A stretch of 64,000 bases of DNA. Source: Octopus sinensis (taxonomy: Eukaryota). A program made the translations under genes and the position numbers. Shown here in pieces: positions 52,375 to 64,000 of this stretch. Location of the stretch: contig NC_042998.1 in assembly GCF_006345805.1 (NCBI RefSeq), forward strand, positions 19,654,001 through 19,718,000. The letters run 5' to 3'. A model generated the notes under the pieces. It saw nothing but the letters and a program-made list of their open reading frames with translations, had not been told where the DNA came from and made no database searches. The first letter of the stretch is position 1; every line of letters starts with the position of its first letter.

Positions 52375-53160
52375 GCGGCAAGCTGGCAAAAACGTTAGCA
52401 CGCCGGGCGAAATGCTTTACAGTATTTCGTCTGCCGTTAGGTTCTGAGTTCAAAATCCGCCGAGGTCGACTTTGCCTTTCATCCCTTCGGGGTCGATTAA
52501 ATAAGTACCAGTTAATCCGTTTGCCTATCCTTATTTGTCCTCTCTGTGTTTAGCCCCTTTTGGTCAGTAAAGAAATATGTATTTCGTCTCTCTTTACATC
52601 CTGAGTTCAAATTCCGCCGAGGTCGACTTTGCCTTTCATCATTTCTGGGTCGATAAATTAAGTACCAGTTGTGTACTGGTGTCTATCTAATAGACTGGCG
52701 CCCTCACCATAAATTTCTGGCCTTGTGCCTATAGTAGAAAAGAATATTAAAAAGCTACCAGCTGGCAGAATCTTGAGCACGCTGAGCGAAATGTTTAGTC
52801 TATCCTTACGTTCTGATTTCAAATCTGCCGAGGTCGACTTTGCCTTTCATCCTTTCGGGATCGATTAAACAAGTACCATTTATGCACGGAAGTCGATGTA
52901 ATCAGATTAATCCCTTTGTCTGTCCTTGTTTGTCCGCTGTATGTTTAGCCGTAAGTGAAATTCGAATAGTCCTGTAATTATATTTACATCACTCCATTAG
53001 AAAAAGCATAAAGTATTTCTTTTCTACTCTTAGGCAGAAGACGCAAAATTTTGGGAGAGGCGGCCAATCAATTAGACCTACCCTAGTACGCAACTGGTAC
53101 TTAATTTATCGACCCCGAAATTATGAAAGGCATAGTCGACCACGGCGGAATTTGAACTCG
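52375..53160. mobile_element. SINE family C cluster: three + units (52375-52950) and one - unit (53020-53160)
   Basis: GAGGTCGACTTTGCCTTTCATC occurs three times on +; its reverse-complement form occurs at about 53120-53150. Confidence 0.8.
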
Positions 53161-53169
53161 GAAAATACT

Positions 53170-53880
53170 AAATTAAGTATTTCTACGAATAGAATGTTTC
53201 AATTCACCTATTATTTTGAGGTGTGGTTAAAATGAGTATCTATTTCAGAAGCGATATGAAAACAGATTAAATATCTATTTCTAGATTTCTGTATTCTTTC
53301 TGAATCAACTTTAATTGGAATATCTGATACACAGATTTTGTATACTTTATGGAGAGCTTTATTCCTAAATTATTTTCCACACGCCAAAATGAAAATACAA
53401 TTTTATGTTAGCATTGTTCTACATAATAACAAGGTCTAAAAAAAGGCTTCTAATTCATTTCTCCATTGACCTTTTTGTATTAATTCTATGTTCCATAGCT
53501 TATTGTTCGGTAACAAAGTATAACTGGAAACAAACCGCAATGGCTATAAATACCTCTATTTGTTTATTTCTGTGCTGATTAAAATACAGAGAGTAATACA
53601 ATTGTTCGTCAAATTATTTTATAAATTGAGTGGACACTGTAAATTTTCTTTTCATTTTCATTGGATAATCAATAAAACATTGGTTTCAGTATATATTACA
53701 TAAATAGCGTTTACTCTGAACAAATTTTCAAAATGACACGAATCGGGCAAATTACTGAGCATAAAGCATAAGAATTAAAAGGATCTAAATTTGAAGAATA
53801 CATTAATTTTTTATGTCCACAATCCCCATAATACGGCCAGTATCAAACTTTCGGAATGGATTATAATTTCTTCTATTCTA
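53170..53880 (+). pseudogene. Decayed CUB units, segment 14
   Basis: MSIYFRSD 53232-53255; KNTLIFYVHN in ORF 53791-53979. Confidence 0.55.
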
Positions 53881-54459
53881 GACACAAGGCTCGAAAATTT
53901 GGGGGAGGCGCCAGTCGATTCGATTGAGAATCTTTTCACTTTCATTGGCAGATCGAGAAATTATTTTTTTTGTAACTAAACTCTTTCAAACTTCGGACAC
54001 TGGTGGAATGTGTCATATAAAAACATTTTTCTACTCTTAGCGTTGTTGCCAAAAGTTTCTATTTACGAAGTTATTTCGTGTTAAAATTGTCGTATTTCGG
54101 TAATTTCAACCAACCAATGACGTATGTTCAGCTGAATAAAATCCCTGCTGTTGTTTGTCAATAACAACTTCCGGCGGGTTATATTTCGTTTGTCACTGTT
54201 ATGACATATTTCATCTCAGTTACGTTCGTATAAATAAACGAGTGTATCTGAAGCACGTTTACTTCATGACATCACCATAATCGTTCGTGCATTTCTACTG
54301 CGTTTTAGGGTTTATTGTTCCTGTTTGCCACCTACTATATTCGGAAAGACGTCCCCCCCCCCTCACATTGTTTCGCGGATTATTGTTTTTCTTTTGTTTT
54401 TTGGGGTTTTTTTGCCAAAAACCCAACTTTCGGATGCGGAGATTCCAGAAAATTGACAA

Positions 54460-54602
54460 AAATTATTATCATCATCATCATCATCATTATTATTATCATT
54501 ATTATTATTATTATTATCATCATTATCATTATTATCATCATCATCATCATTATTATCATCATCATCATCATTATTGTTATTACTATTATTATTGTTATTA
54601 TT

Positions 54603-54637
<35 letters not shown>

Positions 54638-54687
54638 CATCATCATCATTACTATTATTATCATCCTTATTATTATTATTATCATCA

Positions 54688-54720
<33 letters not shown>
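54460..54720. repeat. (TTA)/(TCA) microsatellite flanking the Dong-like 3' end
   Basis: Directly visible trinucleotide runs. Confidence 0.9.
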
Positions 54721-54722
<2 letters not shown>

Positions 54723-57240
54723 TAGTTTTATTTTTATAGCGTGCTTTCACTTCACTACCGAGCACAGCTCTGTGTGCCTTGGGTATGTGCTGTGATTTGT
54801 TGTGATGCTCTGATGGTTATTGTATGGAAAGTGTTCTGCGTAGGATGTGTGCAGTGCCTAGTAGTGCAATTTTCTGTATGTTATATGTGTTTGTAAGTCC
54901 TGGTGTTTTTGTTATGTATTTGTCTGAATATTTTTTTATCATGCCTAATGCACCTACTATGATAGGAATTGTTTCTGTTTTCAGATTCCACATTCTAGTT
55001 ACCTCTATTTCCAGGTCTTTGTATTTTGAGAGTTTCTCCATTTCTTTTAGAGACACGATGTCATCTGCCGGTACTGATACATCAATTAGAAGGACATTTT
55101 TTTTCTTCATGATCTCTGACAACTATATCTGGTCTGTTGGCCTTAATTTCTCTATCTGTGTGTATTGGCATATCCCAGAGTATGGTTGCTTTCTCTCCAC
55201 ATATTCTGCAGTTACTTGTAATATTTCTTTTCATTACATGTTTTTGGTAATTTCTGGTGGGGAGGCTTTGGTTTGTGCTGCAATTAAAAATCCCTCTGGT
55301 TCTGCTTTGAGTCCTGAGCTTCTCAACCATTGCTGGGATTTTTCTTTGTCTATTTCTTTTGCGTTTAGTTTAGTCCAGTATTTACCATGAAGGGGCTTTT
55401 CTTGCCATCGTTTTATCATGGTTCGTTGCTGTTCTATTTTTAGTTTGGATTTCATTTGTTTTATAGCTTTTGTTGTTTCTTCATCTTCTTCTTCTTCTTC
55501 ATGTTTATTAGGTGGTATGATTTCTTGTTTGTATTTGTCAGCTTCCTTAAATACAGAGAACAGTTTTTTTGTTTTGCTCGTGTTTTACCGCTATCTGGAT
55601 CAGTTTTCCTTCCTTCTGAAGTAGATATTTTTGCAGTCCTATGGTGGTTATTTTATAGTAGTTTTCCAGCTGTATAAGGCCTCTACCACCTTCTATACGT
55701 TGTATATATAGTCTTTCTATATCAGATTTTGGGTGATGCATCCTAGATCCTGTCATTATTTTTCTTGTTTTCCTATCTATTTTGGTCAGTTCATTTCGTG
55801 TCCAGTTAAGGATATTGTAGCTGTAACTTATTACTGGGACAGCTAAAGTGTTGATACCTATTATCTTGTTTTTAGCATTGAGCTCTGTGTTTAGTATTGA
55901 TCTAACTCGTCTATAATATTCTTTTTTTATTTTCTCTTTCATTTGTGTGTGTTGTATCTTATCTAGTTCATGGATTCCTAAGTATTTGTAAGTTTGGCTT
56001 TGGTCTAATTCTTTTATTTCATTGGTTTTATCTAGTGTGATGTTGTTACTCTTAACTAGTTTTCCTCTTTTCAGGGTTACTTTGGCGCATTTTTCTAATC
56101 CAAATTTCATATATATTTCTTTGGTAAATCCATGAACTGTCTTTAATAGTGTTTCCAGCTGTTTGTCATTTGCAGCGTATAGTTTTAGGTCATCCATATA
56201 TAAAAGGTGGCTGATCGTTTTGCCGTAACATTTATATCCGCATCCAGTTCTATTTAGCATATCAGATAGAGGTGACAGTGCCAAGCAGAAAAGGAGTGGA
56301 GAGAGCGTGTCTCCCTGGAATATTCCTCTTCTAATGGGGATGTCTTTGGTTTTCATGAGTCCCTCTTTTGTTTGGAGGTGTAGGACTGTTTGCCATTTAT
56401 TCATAGAGTGCTCTATGAATTTTATGATTGTTGGTGCTACTTTGTTAATGGCTAGTGTTTCGAGGATCCATGTGTGGGGGGTTCTATCAAACGCCTTTTT
56501 GTAGTCAATCCAGGCCATACTGAGGCCTTTCTTCTTTCTGTGGCTGTCTTCAGTTATGGCTTTATTAATCATTAGTTGATCTTTACAGCCATATGAGCCT
56601 TTGCGGCATCCTTTCTGCTCTTCTGGGAACAGTTTGTTTTCGTCCAGGTGCTTGTTCAGCCTTTGTGATATCACTGCAGTAAATGCCTTGAACATAGTAG
56701 GGAGCCATTCAGGCATTGTCTCTGGCTCTGCTAGTACGTTGTTAAAGTTTTCAGCCACCTTTTTGTGCATTCCTGTTAGATATTTCAACCAGAATTTGGG
56801 GATCTTGTCATGCCCAGGTGCCTTCCAGTTGCTTAGTTTTTGCAGTGCCTGGGTGACCTCTTCAGTTGTTATGGGGGTCCAAAGTTGTTCAGATGCCGAG
56901 TTTGTTATTCTGATACTCCTTTTTGTTGGTGGTTCGTTCGCCGACCATATTTCTCCCCAGAATTCTTCCAATTCTTCTGCCGTTGGTGCTGCAATGACTT
57001 CTATTTTATTTTTTCCCAGTTCTTGGTAGAACTTTTGGGGGTTAGAGTTGAACTTTTTGTTTTCTTCAAAGAAGCGTTGGCGTTTCTTGTACCGGCGGAT
57101 CCTTTGTGCTTTGGCAAGGATATCTTGCTTCAGCTTTTCTTTTATTTCAGGCAAATCTTTCTCTGTGATGTTATATTTGCGGAGTATTTTTGTTCTCTTT
57201 TTGTTGCTCAGTAGCGTTGATTGTTTGCTGATTTCATTAA
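54720..57240 (-). mobile_element. 5'-truncated R4/Dong-like RLE retrotransposon (RT, CCHC and REL endonuclease), frameshifted
   Basis: ORF 55547-57451 contains WKAPGHD, MAWIDYKKAFD, RGIFQGDTLSPLLF, HLLYMDDLKLY and YKYLG. Downstream frames give KPLHGKY, CRICG, ANRPDIVV and IDVSVP..KYKDL. Both ends lie in (TAA)n-type repeats. Confidence 0.92.
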
Positions 57241-57259
57241 GAATTATTATTATTATTAC

Positions 57260-57291
<32 letters not shown>

Positions 57292-57409
57292 GTATCATCA
57301 TTATTATTATTATTATTATTATCATCATTATTAATATTATTATTATTATCATCATTAATATTATTATTATTATCATTATTAATATTATCATCGTCATCAA
57401 CATCATATA

Positions 57410-57915
57410 TTTGGCTTTCGCTTTGTACAAATTGACTCCAAGTCTCACCAAGAAAATTGAAGAGACAAGTTAGAAGTTCCAAGTTGTCATTATGACGGTG
57501 TCATACATTTGGTTTTGCACAGAGTATTGTTCTAGAGAATGTCTGTGAGAACATAAATGAATTAGAAGTTTGTTTTCATAGTAATTTGATTATAAAATGA
57601 TAGTCTGGTGCTAAGATGACAGTAAAATGTGTTTGCTGTCATTTACACTTAAAAGTATTTTGACACTGTTTACGGATTAAATAATTTTGGGATTACATAG
57701 ACAATATTTTACGTAGGATATGAGCATTTGCAATGCGCACTATTTTTTGAATTTCTTCCATGTTTGGATGTTCTAGTATCTGAGCTACGTAGCAATCAGC
57801 CCTCTTTTGCTATCATTACTAGGGTACCTGAGACAACAGGTATTGTTTTAGTATTGGGGTTCCACATTTTGCCAATTCCTATTTCAAGATCTTTATACTT
57901 GCTCAGTTTATCATC
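57410..57915 (-). mobile_element. Short 3' fragment of a further Dong-like element, head-to-tail with the 54720-57240 element
   Basis: Reverse complement gives DKLSKYKDLEIGIGKMWNP..KTIPVV and IQKIV...AHILRKILSM*; flanked by TAA/TGA repeats. Confidence 0.75.
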
Positions 57916-57946
57916 AACATCATCATCAGCATTATTATTATTATTA

Positions 57947-57991
<45 letters not shown>

Positions 57992-58012
57992 GTCAGCGAG
58001 TACATACATACA

Positions 58013-58049
<37 letters not shown>

Positions 58050-58857
58050 GATATGCCTCTGTGTGTGTATGAGCCTAAATTTAACCTGAAGTAACATTTT
58101 ATTATACGGTAGCTGAAGAAGCAAATATCGATAAAAATGCACCAGACAAATATATTCTGTGTCCGATAACACTTAATAAATTTATTAAAGTCCGCTACAA
58201 CCGTATCAGAACAAAATACCATGATTCCATTTAGATGATCGAAGAATATGGGTGTTGATTAAATTGAATGTGAATAAAAGGAATATGCATTACATATATG
58301 TTATATCTAAGCAAATATATTTAAGTGCAATAAACCTAATACAAAATTCACTAATGCGAGAATATTATTATGTCTGTATTTATTACACTTGTGTTTGAAC
58401 ATCATATCGTCACAATTAAAGTCTGACAATTTTTATTTTGTTTTAACATGATTGACGATTTATTGCTAAACTGTGAATTTGGGACAAGTTTTATAAATGT
58501 ATTGTAACAATATATTCCTCTTCAGACAACTTTGTCTGAGAAACTATTTTTAATTAACACTAGCGAATGTAAAGTTTCGAACAACGATAACCAAGATAAA
58601 GGTGGTGTAATTTATGAAATAGCTATTTTTTTGTTAGATTGCAATGAATTTTGGTAAAATATTGAGAATAAAAAAAAGACAATAATAATAATAAAACAAA
58701 AAAAAACTTTCAATTCAAAATTCTACATGAATATTTAATATGTTCTAATCTGTTACAGCAATTTTGTTGCTAAACGACGATTGGTGAAGCAAACAATATA
58801 ATTTCTAGTAAACACTCGAGCAAACCATGTAATTTTCTTTTAAATCGTCTGAGTATA

Positions 58858-58991
58858 TTGCTTACCAACCACATGGTTCCGGGTTCAGTCCCACTGCGTG
58901 GCACCTTGGGCAAGTGTATTCTACTATAGCCTCGGCCCGACCAGAGCTTTGTGTGTGGATTTGATAGACGGAAGCTGAAATAGGCCCGTCG

Positions 58992-59033
<42 letters not shown>

Positions 59034-59250
59034 TGTGTGTCTATATGTTTGTGTGTCTGTGTTTGTCCCCCCATCATCGATTGACGACCGATGCTGGTGT
59101 GTTTACGTCCCCGTAACTTAGCGGTTCGGCAAAAAGAACCCGATAGAATAAGTAATAGGCTTACAAAGAATAAGTCCTGGGGTCGATTTGCTCGACTAAA
59201 GGCGGTGCTCCAGCATGGCCGCAGTCAAATGACTGAAACAAGTAAAGAGA
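58858..59250 (+). mobile_element. SINE family B copy
   Basis: Collinear with 11219-11600. Confidence 0.85.
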
Positions 59251-59284
59251 AAGAGAAAGAAAACCCATTTTCATCCCCAGTTAC

Positions 59285-59540
59285 AACTCGACGCCAAAAC
59301 GAGCATCCTGAGAATTTTCCAGCTGTTGTTTCGAAAGTCCAGGTTTATGAATGTGTCGCTTGATGGTTCTTTGAGAAGGACCAAGTGCTGTCGATAATTT
59401 ACGAGTTTTGAACAAGGCCTCATTTTCCAGAACAGATGACATATCTGGCTTTGGTTTGTCTTCTAGGTTGTCTTCGCAGAACTTCAAACACTTGTGCGTC
59501 GAAAACAGGCAATAAAATTTGGACTACTAAAATATTATTG
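59285..59540 (-). mobile_element. Mariner HTH fragment
   Basis: ORF 59281-59487: KFCEDNLEDKPKP...TRKLSTALGPSQRTIKRHIH. Confidence 0.6.
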
Positions 59541-61272
59541 CAGCATTTCTCATCTAAGCCTACATTCCCACATTTTTGCTAGATAAATTTTACTACATTG
59601 ACCCCAGTGAAAATGAGGAAATTTCACTGGTACTGTTTTTATGGTTTTTTTTTCGATGATAAATACACCTAATCTTACCAATATTTCAATTCAGAATATA
59701 AGTAACGTAAAGTATATCGTCAATTGTTTACTAGTTCTCCTGATCAACTATCCACCTAAATTTTAAAATCTTGAATACTCATGTTCTGACAAAATGTGAT
59801 CGAAGATTACGTTTTTAAAAGGATTATGGTATTGCACTCACGGTTGTTACATGGTGGGTTTCATTCCTATACTGGCCTGTGGGTTATGTTCTTAAGCAAA
59901 ACACTTCATTTCATGTTGATCCAGTGCTGTGTGGAGACCAGGATATAAAAATCTAGGCCCATTTCTTGTTCGTGCCATAAAAGGAAACTTAAAGATGTTA
60001 GGGTAATGTTTCCACACCGACTTCGTAAGACCGTCACCAAGAAGGTAACGATTACCCAATCAGATAAATAGGCTGATGGTTATTCTGTGAGTGATGCAAA
60101 CACGTCATCTGCCTGTACCAGTAGGGAATCACCAAACGTGTTGGATCACTAAACATGTTCACAGTGCATGCCCCAATATTACTACTACTTCTACCATTAC
60201 TACTAGTGATAATACTAAGATAATTCCTACTACTATTACTGCTGGTGACAACACTACTGCTAATTATCTATTCTTCAAATATTGTCTATTTTAGTCTGAC
60301 AGATATTTAAACAGTAAGGAAGATATTTATGGTTTGTTGTATTCTCATTTCATTTCTTTTTTTATTATATGATCTGTTCTAACTTTGCACTTCTGCAAAC
60401 TTCCTCCGCTCATTTTCGATTATCATTTTACATTTCAACAAATGATTACGTTACATATTCTACTTTGACTTCGTATTTAAATACACATCGTTATAGAACA
60501 TAATAATGCATTTGAAGCAAAATAAGTGTTTAAATAAGCAGAAAGGAAATAAGGAAAACGATAAGACAAAGATCAATGGATACAAACAGCCAATGTCAAC
60601 TGAGCATAAACGCATGAGGCACCTACATCCAAGTAAATGTTAAGAGAGACTAGGGTAGAACAGAGTCGATAAACATTGAGCTGATTTTCTATGAGAAAAG
60701 TAGAGAGAATTTGTACGATGATTTGTAAAGAATAAAATATTATGAAAAAGGGTGAAAGGAGCAAAAGAGAATAAACTTGAGAAGTGCTCAAGGAAGAGAG
60801 TATTTATTACTTCTGTGATATGACAGCAAAATATAACAGTAAAAGTTAATTCAAACATCATAAGGAACATCATAAGACAATGGATTTCAGCCGGTACGAC
60901 TGTCATTAATGATATCCATTGCTTTATTTTCATATGGGTGACGGTTGAGGGAAAAATTTATACAATAATGTTATTATGAAGCACTAAACGACATATCAAT
61001 ATATCTCACTGAAGTGAAATCATTATATAATATTTCTCGTATCAATTAATTGAATTATGCGTTTTTGCATTGCCCTTATATATATTTATTCTTTTTTGGT
61101 GCCAGGCGATTATAACAAAATTTATATATGTAACAAAAGCCTACAATTTCTTATAAATTCTATATTTTTAGGGAAAATGGATTTTCAACTAATGCAGCAT
61201 TGAAGCTAGTCCCTAGAGGATCGCTTGAATTTACTATAGCTGAAAGAAGGTTCTCCATCAAATTTCACATTG

Positions 61273-62136
61273 GAGGTCGTATCAAAACGTCCCCTTACTA
61301 GTTCTGTTGTGCGCCAAAAGACTTCAGCAGGCGGTTGTATGAGCAGTGAGAGCTAGCGGTGACTTTCATAAGACTGTGTGCTGAGTGACTTTACTTCGAA
61401 AGTTGAGAAATTAGTGTTTTTGTGAAAATGTGTATGTTGTAGTCAGCAATTTTGTCATGGACAGGAAGAAAGTCCAACCGCAAAATTTTGCGTGTAACTT
61501 GGGATCTCTGCTGCAGACATATTGAGCATGCTTTGGCAAGCTTACAGTGACGTGGACATGGGTAGTACGCAATGTTTTGAGTGGCATAAGCACATGAAGA
61601 GTGGAAGAGTGTCTCTGGTAGACAATGAGCGATCTCGAAGATCTGTCACGAGCGTTAACACCGGAAATGTGGTATTTTGCATCGCGGATTCATCCCCCAG
61701 GGCCAGACCGGGAATCGAGAGTTCTACCATGAGAAGTATTTGAGGGAGGACATTCGGGGAAACCAACCGGATCTGTGAAGTGCGAATAATTCGATTCTTA
61801 TCTGAGTTCTCTTTACTGGTGTGTTTCTGACACAAAACAACATCGTGTCGCTTTCGCAACAGCCCTATTCGCCAGACATAGATCTTATGGATTTCTATCT
61901 CTTCCCCAAGACGAAAATCCGTTTTAACATAGTTGTCGAGATCCAGCGCAAATTGCAGAAGATCCTCGACTTGCTTATGGAAAATTATTTCTAGGCCGGA
62001 TTCCAAAAGTAGCAGGAACGTTGGGACCGGTGTATTGCTGTGCAAAGCCACTATTTCGAAGTTGATGTTCAAACGTAGTTAAATAAATTATTTTTTATTA
62101 GACATAACTAGTCAGTGAATCTTTTGAACTTACCTC
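61273..62136 (+). mobile_element. Internally deleted mariner with degenerate TIRs
   Basis: N-terminal MLWQAYSDVDMGSTQCFEWHKHMKSGRVSLVDNERS; C-terminal PYSPDIDLMDFYLFPK..QERWDRCI; the ends share GAGGT..TCAAAA..ACTAGTT. Confidence 0.8.
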
Positions 62137-62149
62137 TTAAGTAACATAG

Positions 62150-64000
62150 TAAAAGGACCACACATAATGCAAGATCGAACAGCAGTTGCTGGAATGTCGT
62201 TGATCGTCGTTGTATTCAAGTTAAACATAATCAAAACAATTTGTTTTTACTATTTATGAATCTTATTGTTTAACATCCTAAGTTATAGAAATAACACATC
62301 AACAATTGGACAGCAATTAAATCAATAAAAGAGATTAAATTACCTGCGGCACGAAATAAGATGTAGGTGTCAGCCTGATAATAATACTGTTTTAGCTGTT
62401 AATAATGACATTCGCCCTAAACATCACATTCTATTCCCACGCTCATGTATTTTATTGACATCATTACAACACTTGGAAAATTGATTTCACTCCATTTTCG
62501 CTAATATCTGTTTAAAGACAATATATATAATTATAATCCGAATATAACTATACACTACTCATTCGTTGAATACTTGCTTGTTATATAACTTAATGCGGGC
62601 AACTGTGTTCAGTCTTAGTGATGATGTCATAAAACCTGAAATTATTTTTTTTATTTTATATTTGATAACAATACAAGTCAAATATAATATCATAAATACG
62701 CATCCTCAGTTAAGATTTTCTTTAAAAATCGATTTCTTAGTAACCAAACGCATCGTGCATATAATATAATTAATACTATAGCTAGCGATTTCCCTCGTGA
62801 TATGAATTATATTAAAACTAAATGATTATATAAATTTCATAAATCTGAGACGTCCAATTTTTCGCGGTCGCCAAAATTCCTGGAGAGATATTGAAGTGAA
62901 TAACTGAGGTCATCGAATGTGTTGCGTGTATAAATTTTATCCTACATATTGACGGAGTGGAGACATCCCATATGTCTTTGCATTATTAACAATGTGTCTT
63001 TAAGTTTTCCTTTTAAAAGATAGCATGCAATTCTGTAATTGGTAAATTATAACATTCATTTAATTGAATTGAATTTTCGTTTCAATAGACAAAAAAAGCA
63101 TCACAATAACTTTCCCCTGGCGCTTCGTAGCAAATGAAAGTGAGAACCTATTAGAGTACCAACTCGTGAAATGAAAATGCTGTTGGCGCTTGTCCTGCAA
63201 ATAAATGTGTCATGTATTCTCTCAACGTAAATATACATTTTTCTTTTTAGGATTTTGGAAACTATCAAAAAATTTATTATCGATCATAATGTCCGCTTTG
63301 TCAACCAAACAATTTATATTTGTTCCTGCTGTAATAGCCACCATTGTGAGAATTCTTCGTGCCCAGAGCTACATTGTATTCTGTAAAACAGTTTTTGTCT
63401 TCATTGTGAAAGAAACAAGGACATTTCAAAATGGGACTGCTGTCAGTTGTTGTTTATTAGGTTATAAAACTGTTATCTATGTAGAATTCACGCGATAACA
63501 AGTGGCTACTAAATCTGATAACTAATTACTTTTGAACATAACAATGTCGGTACTGACCACAATTTTACGATGGTGCTTTGGATATAAATGGAAATATCGC
63601 TTGTTTTTCAAACATCCAGTTTGCAAAAGATGTCCCTCACCAGGCTTACCGAAAAAATAAAACTGTAAAAATATGTGAAGGTAACTGTGAATGTTTTCTT
63701 ACCATATTGCAACAATTCTACCTGCTTATAAATGATTCTACTGTGTATAAATGAGTACACGATGTTATTACAGGCGGATAAGATAGTCGATATAAGAGCA
63801 GATAAAACCGTTCAATATTCTTTGGATCTTTTGGCATGCATCATTTTGTGAGTGACGTGCACTTCCATTAATCTGGATCCTCTATCACATTTTAATGGTG
63901 ATACTAAGTAATCGGGAAAATATAAAGAGCAACACGCTTCTATTACTGGTTTATATGATATTGTGCACCATGTTTATGTTACAACACTAATACCAACAAT
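62150..64000 (+). pseudogene. Decayed CUB units, segment 16
   Basis: PDNNT...PKHHILF near 62374-62437; ORF 63205-63498 ILRAQSYIV...TFQNGTAVSCCLLGY...VIYVEFT, where one inserted base restores F-T-S-D. Confidence 0.6.

Larger units (their letters stand above)
58050..61270 (+). pseudogene. Decayed CUB units, segment 15 (split by SINEs and a mariner fragment)
   Basis: SEQNTMIPFR near 58207-58237; FHTD near 60010-60021; DTNSQCQLSINA*GTYIQVNV 60579-60641. Confidence 0.55.

Noticed and set aside
52375-52950. Regularly repeated motif that could suggest a CRISPR-like array
   Set aside because: Long SINE units with homologous rather than unique spacers; eukaryotic context and no cas genes
60700-61000. 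IIRQWISAGTTVIND resembling a Merlin/ISXO2 transposase
   Set aside because: No TIRs or clear DDE motifs, and overlapping frames also fit the CUB C-terminus (NITVKVNSN; NGFQ). Ambiguous without an HMM search.

Overview
AT-rich, microsatellite-dense eukaryotic DNA. The SINE, LINE and Penelope families look cephalopod-like, most likely Octopus; this is inference from repeat content. No intact protein-coding host gene, rRNA, tRNA gene or CRISPR array is supported. Roughly half of the window is transposon-derived: three or more tRNA-type SINE families, a full-length RTE LINE with a 10-bp target-site duplication, and three Dong/R4-like RLE retrotransposons in TAA/TAG microsatellites. It also holds Penelope-like elements with hammerhead ribozymes, a Tx1-like ORF1-only element, a CR1/L2-type fragment, several mariner relics and a non-autonomous Helitron. 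The main hidden signal is that most of the non-repeat 'spacer' DNA, from about 120 to the end of the window, reads by manual translation as decayed CUB-domain motifs on the + strand, in the right order and spacing but broken by stops and frameshifts. Examples are NYFSNNTNC, NLDC, DILQIYN..IGKMC, RLLGKYC and MSIYFRSD. The window therefore appears to be the remnant of a very large, intron-poor tandem CUB (cubilin-like) array that has become a transposon sink. All domain calls were made by eye and need HMM confirmation.
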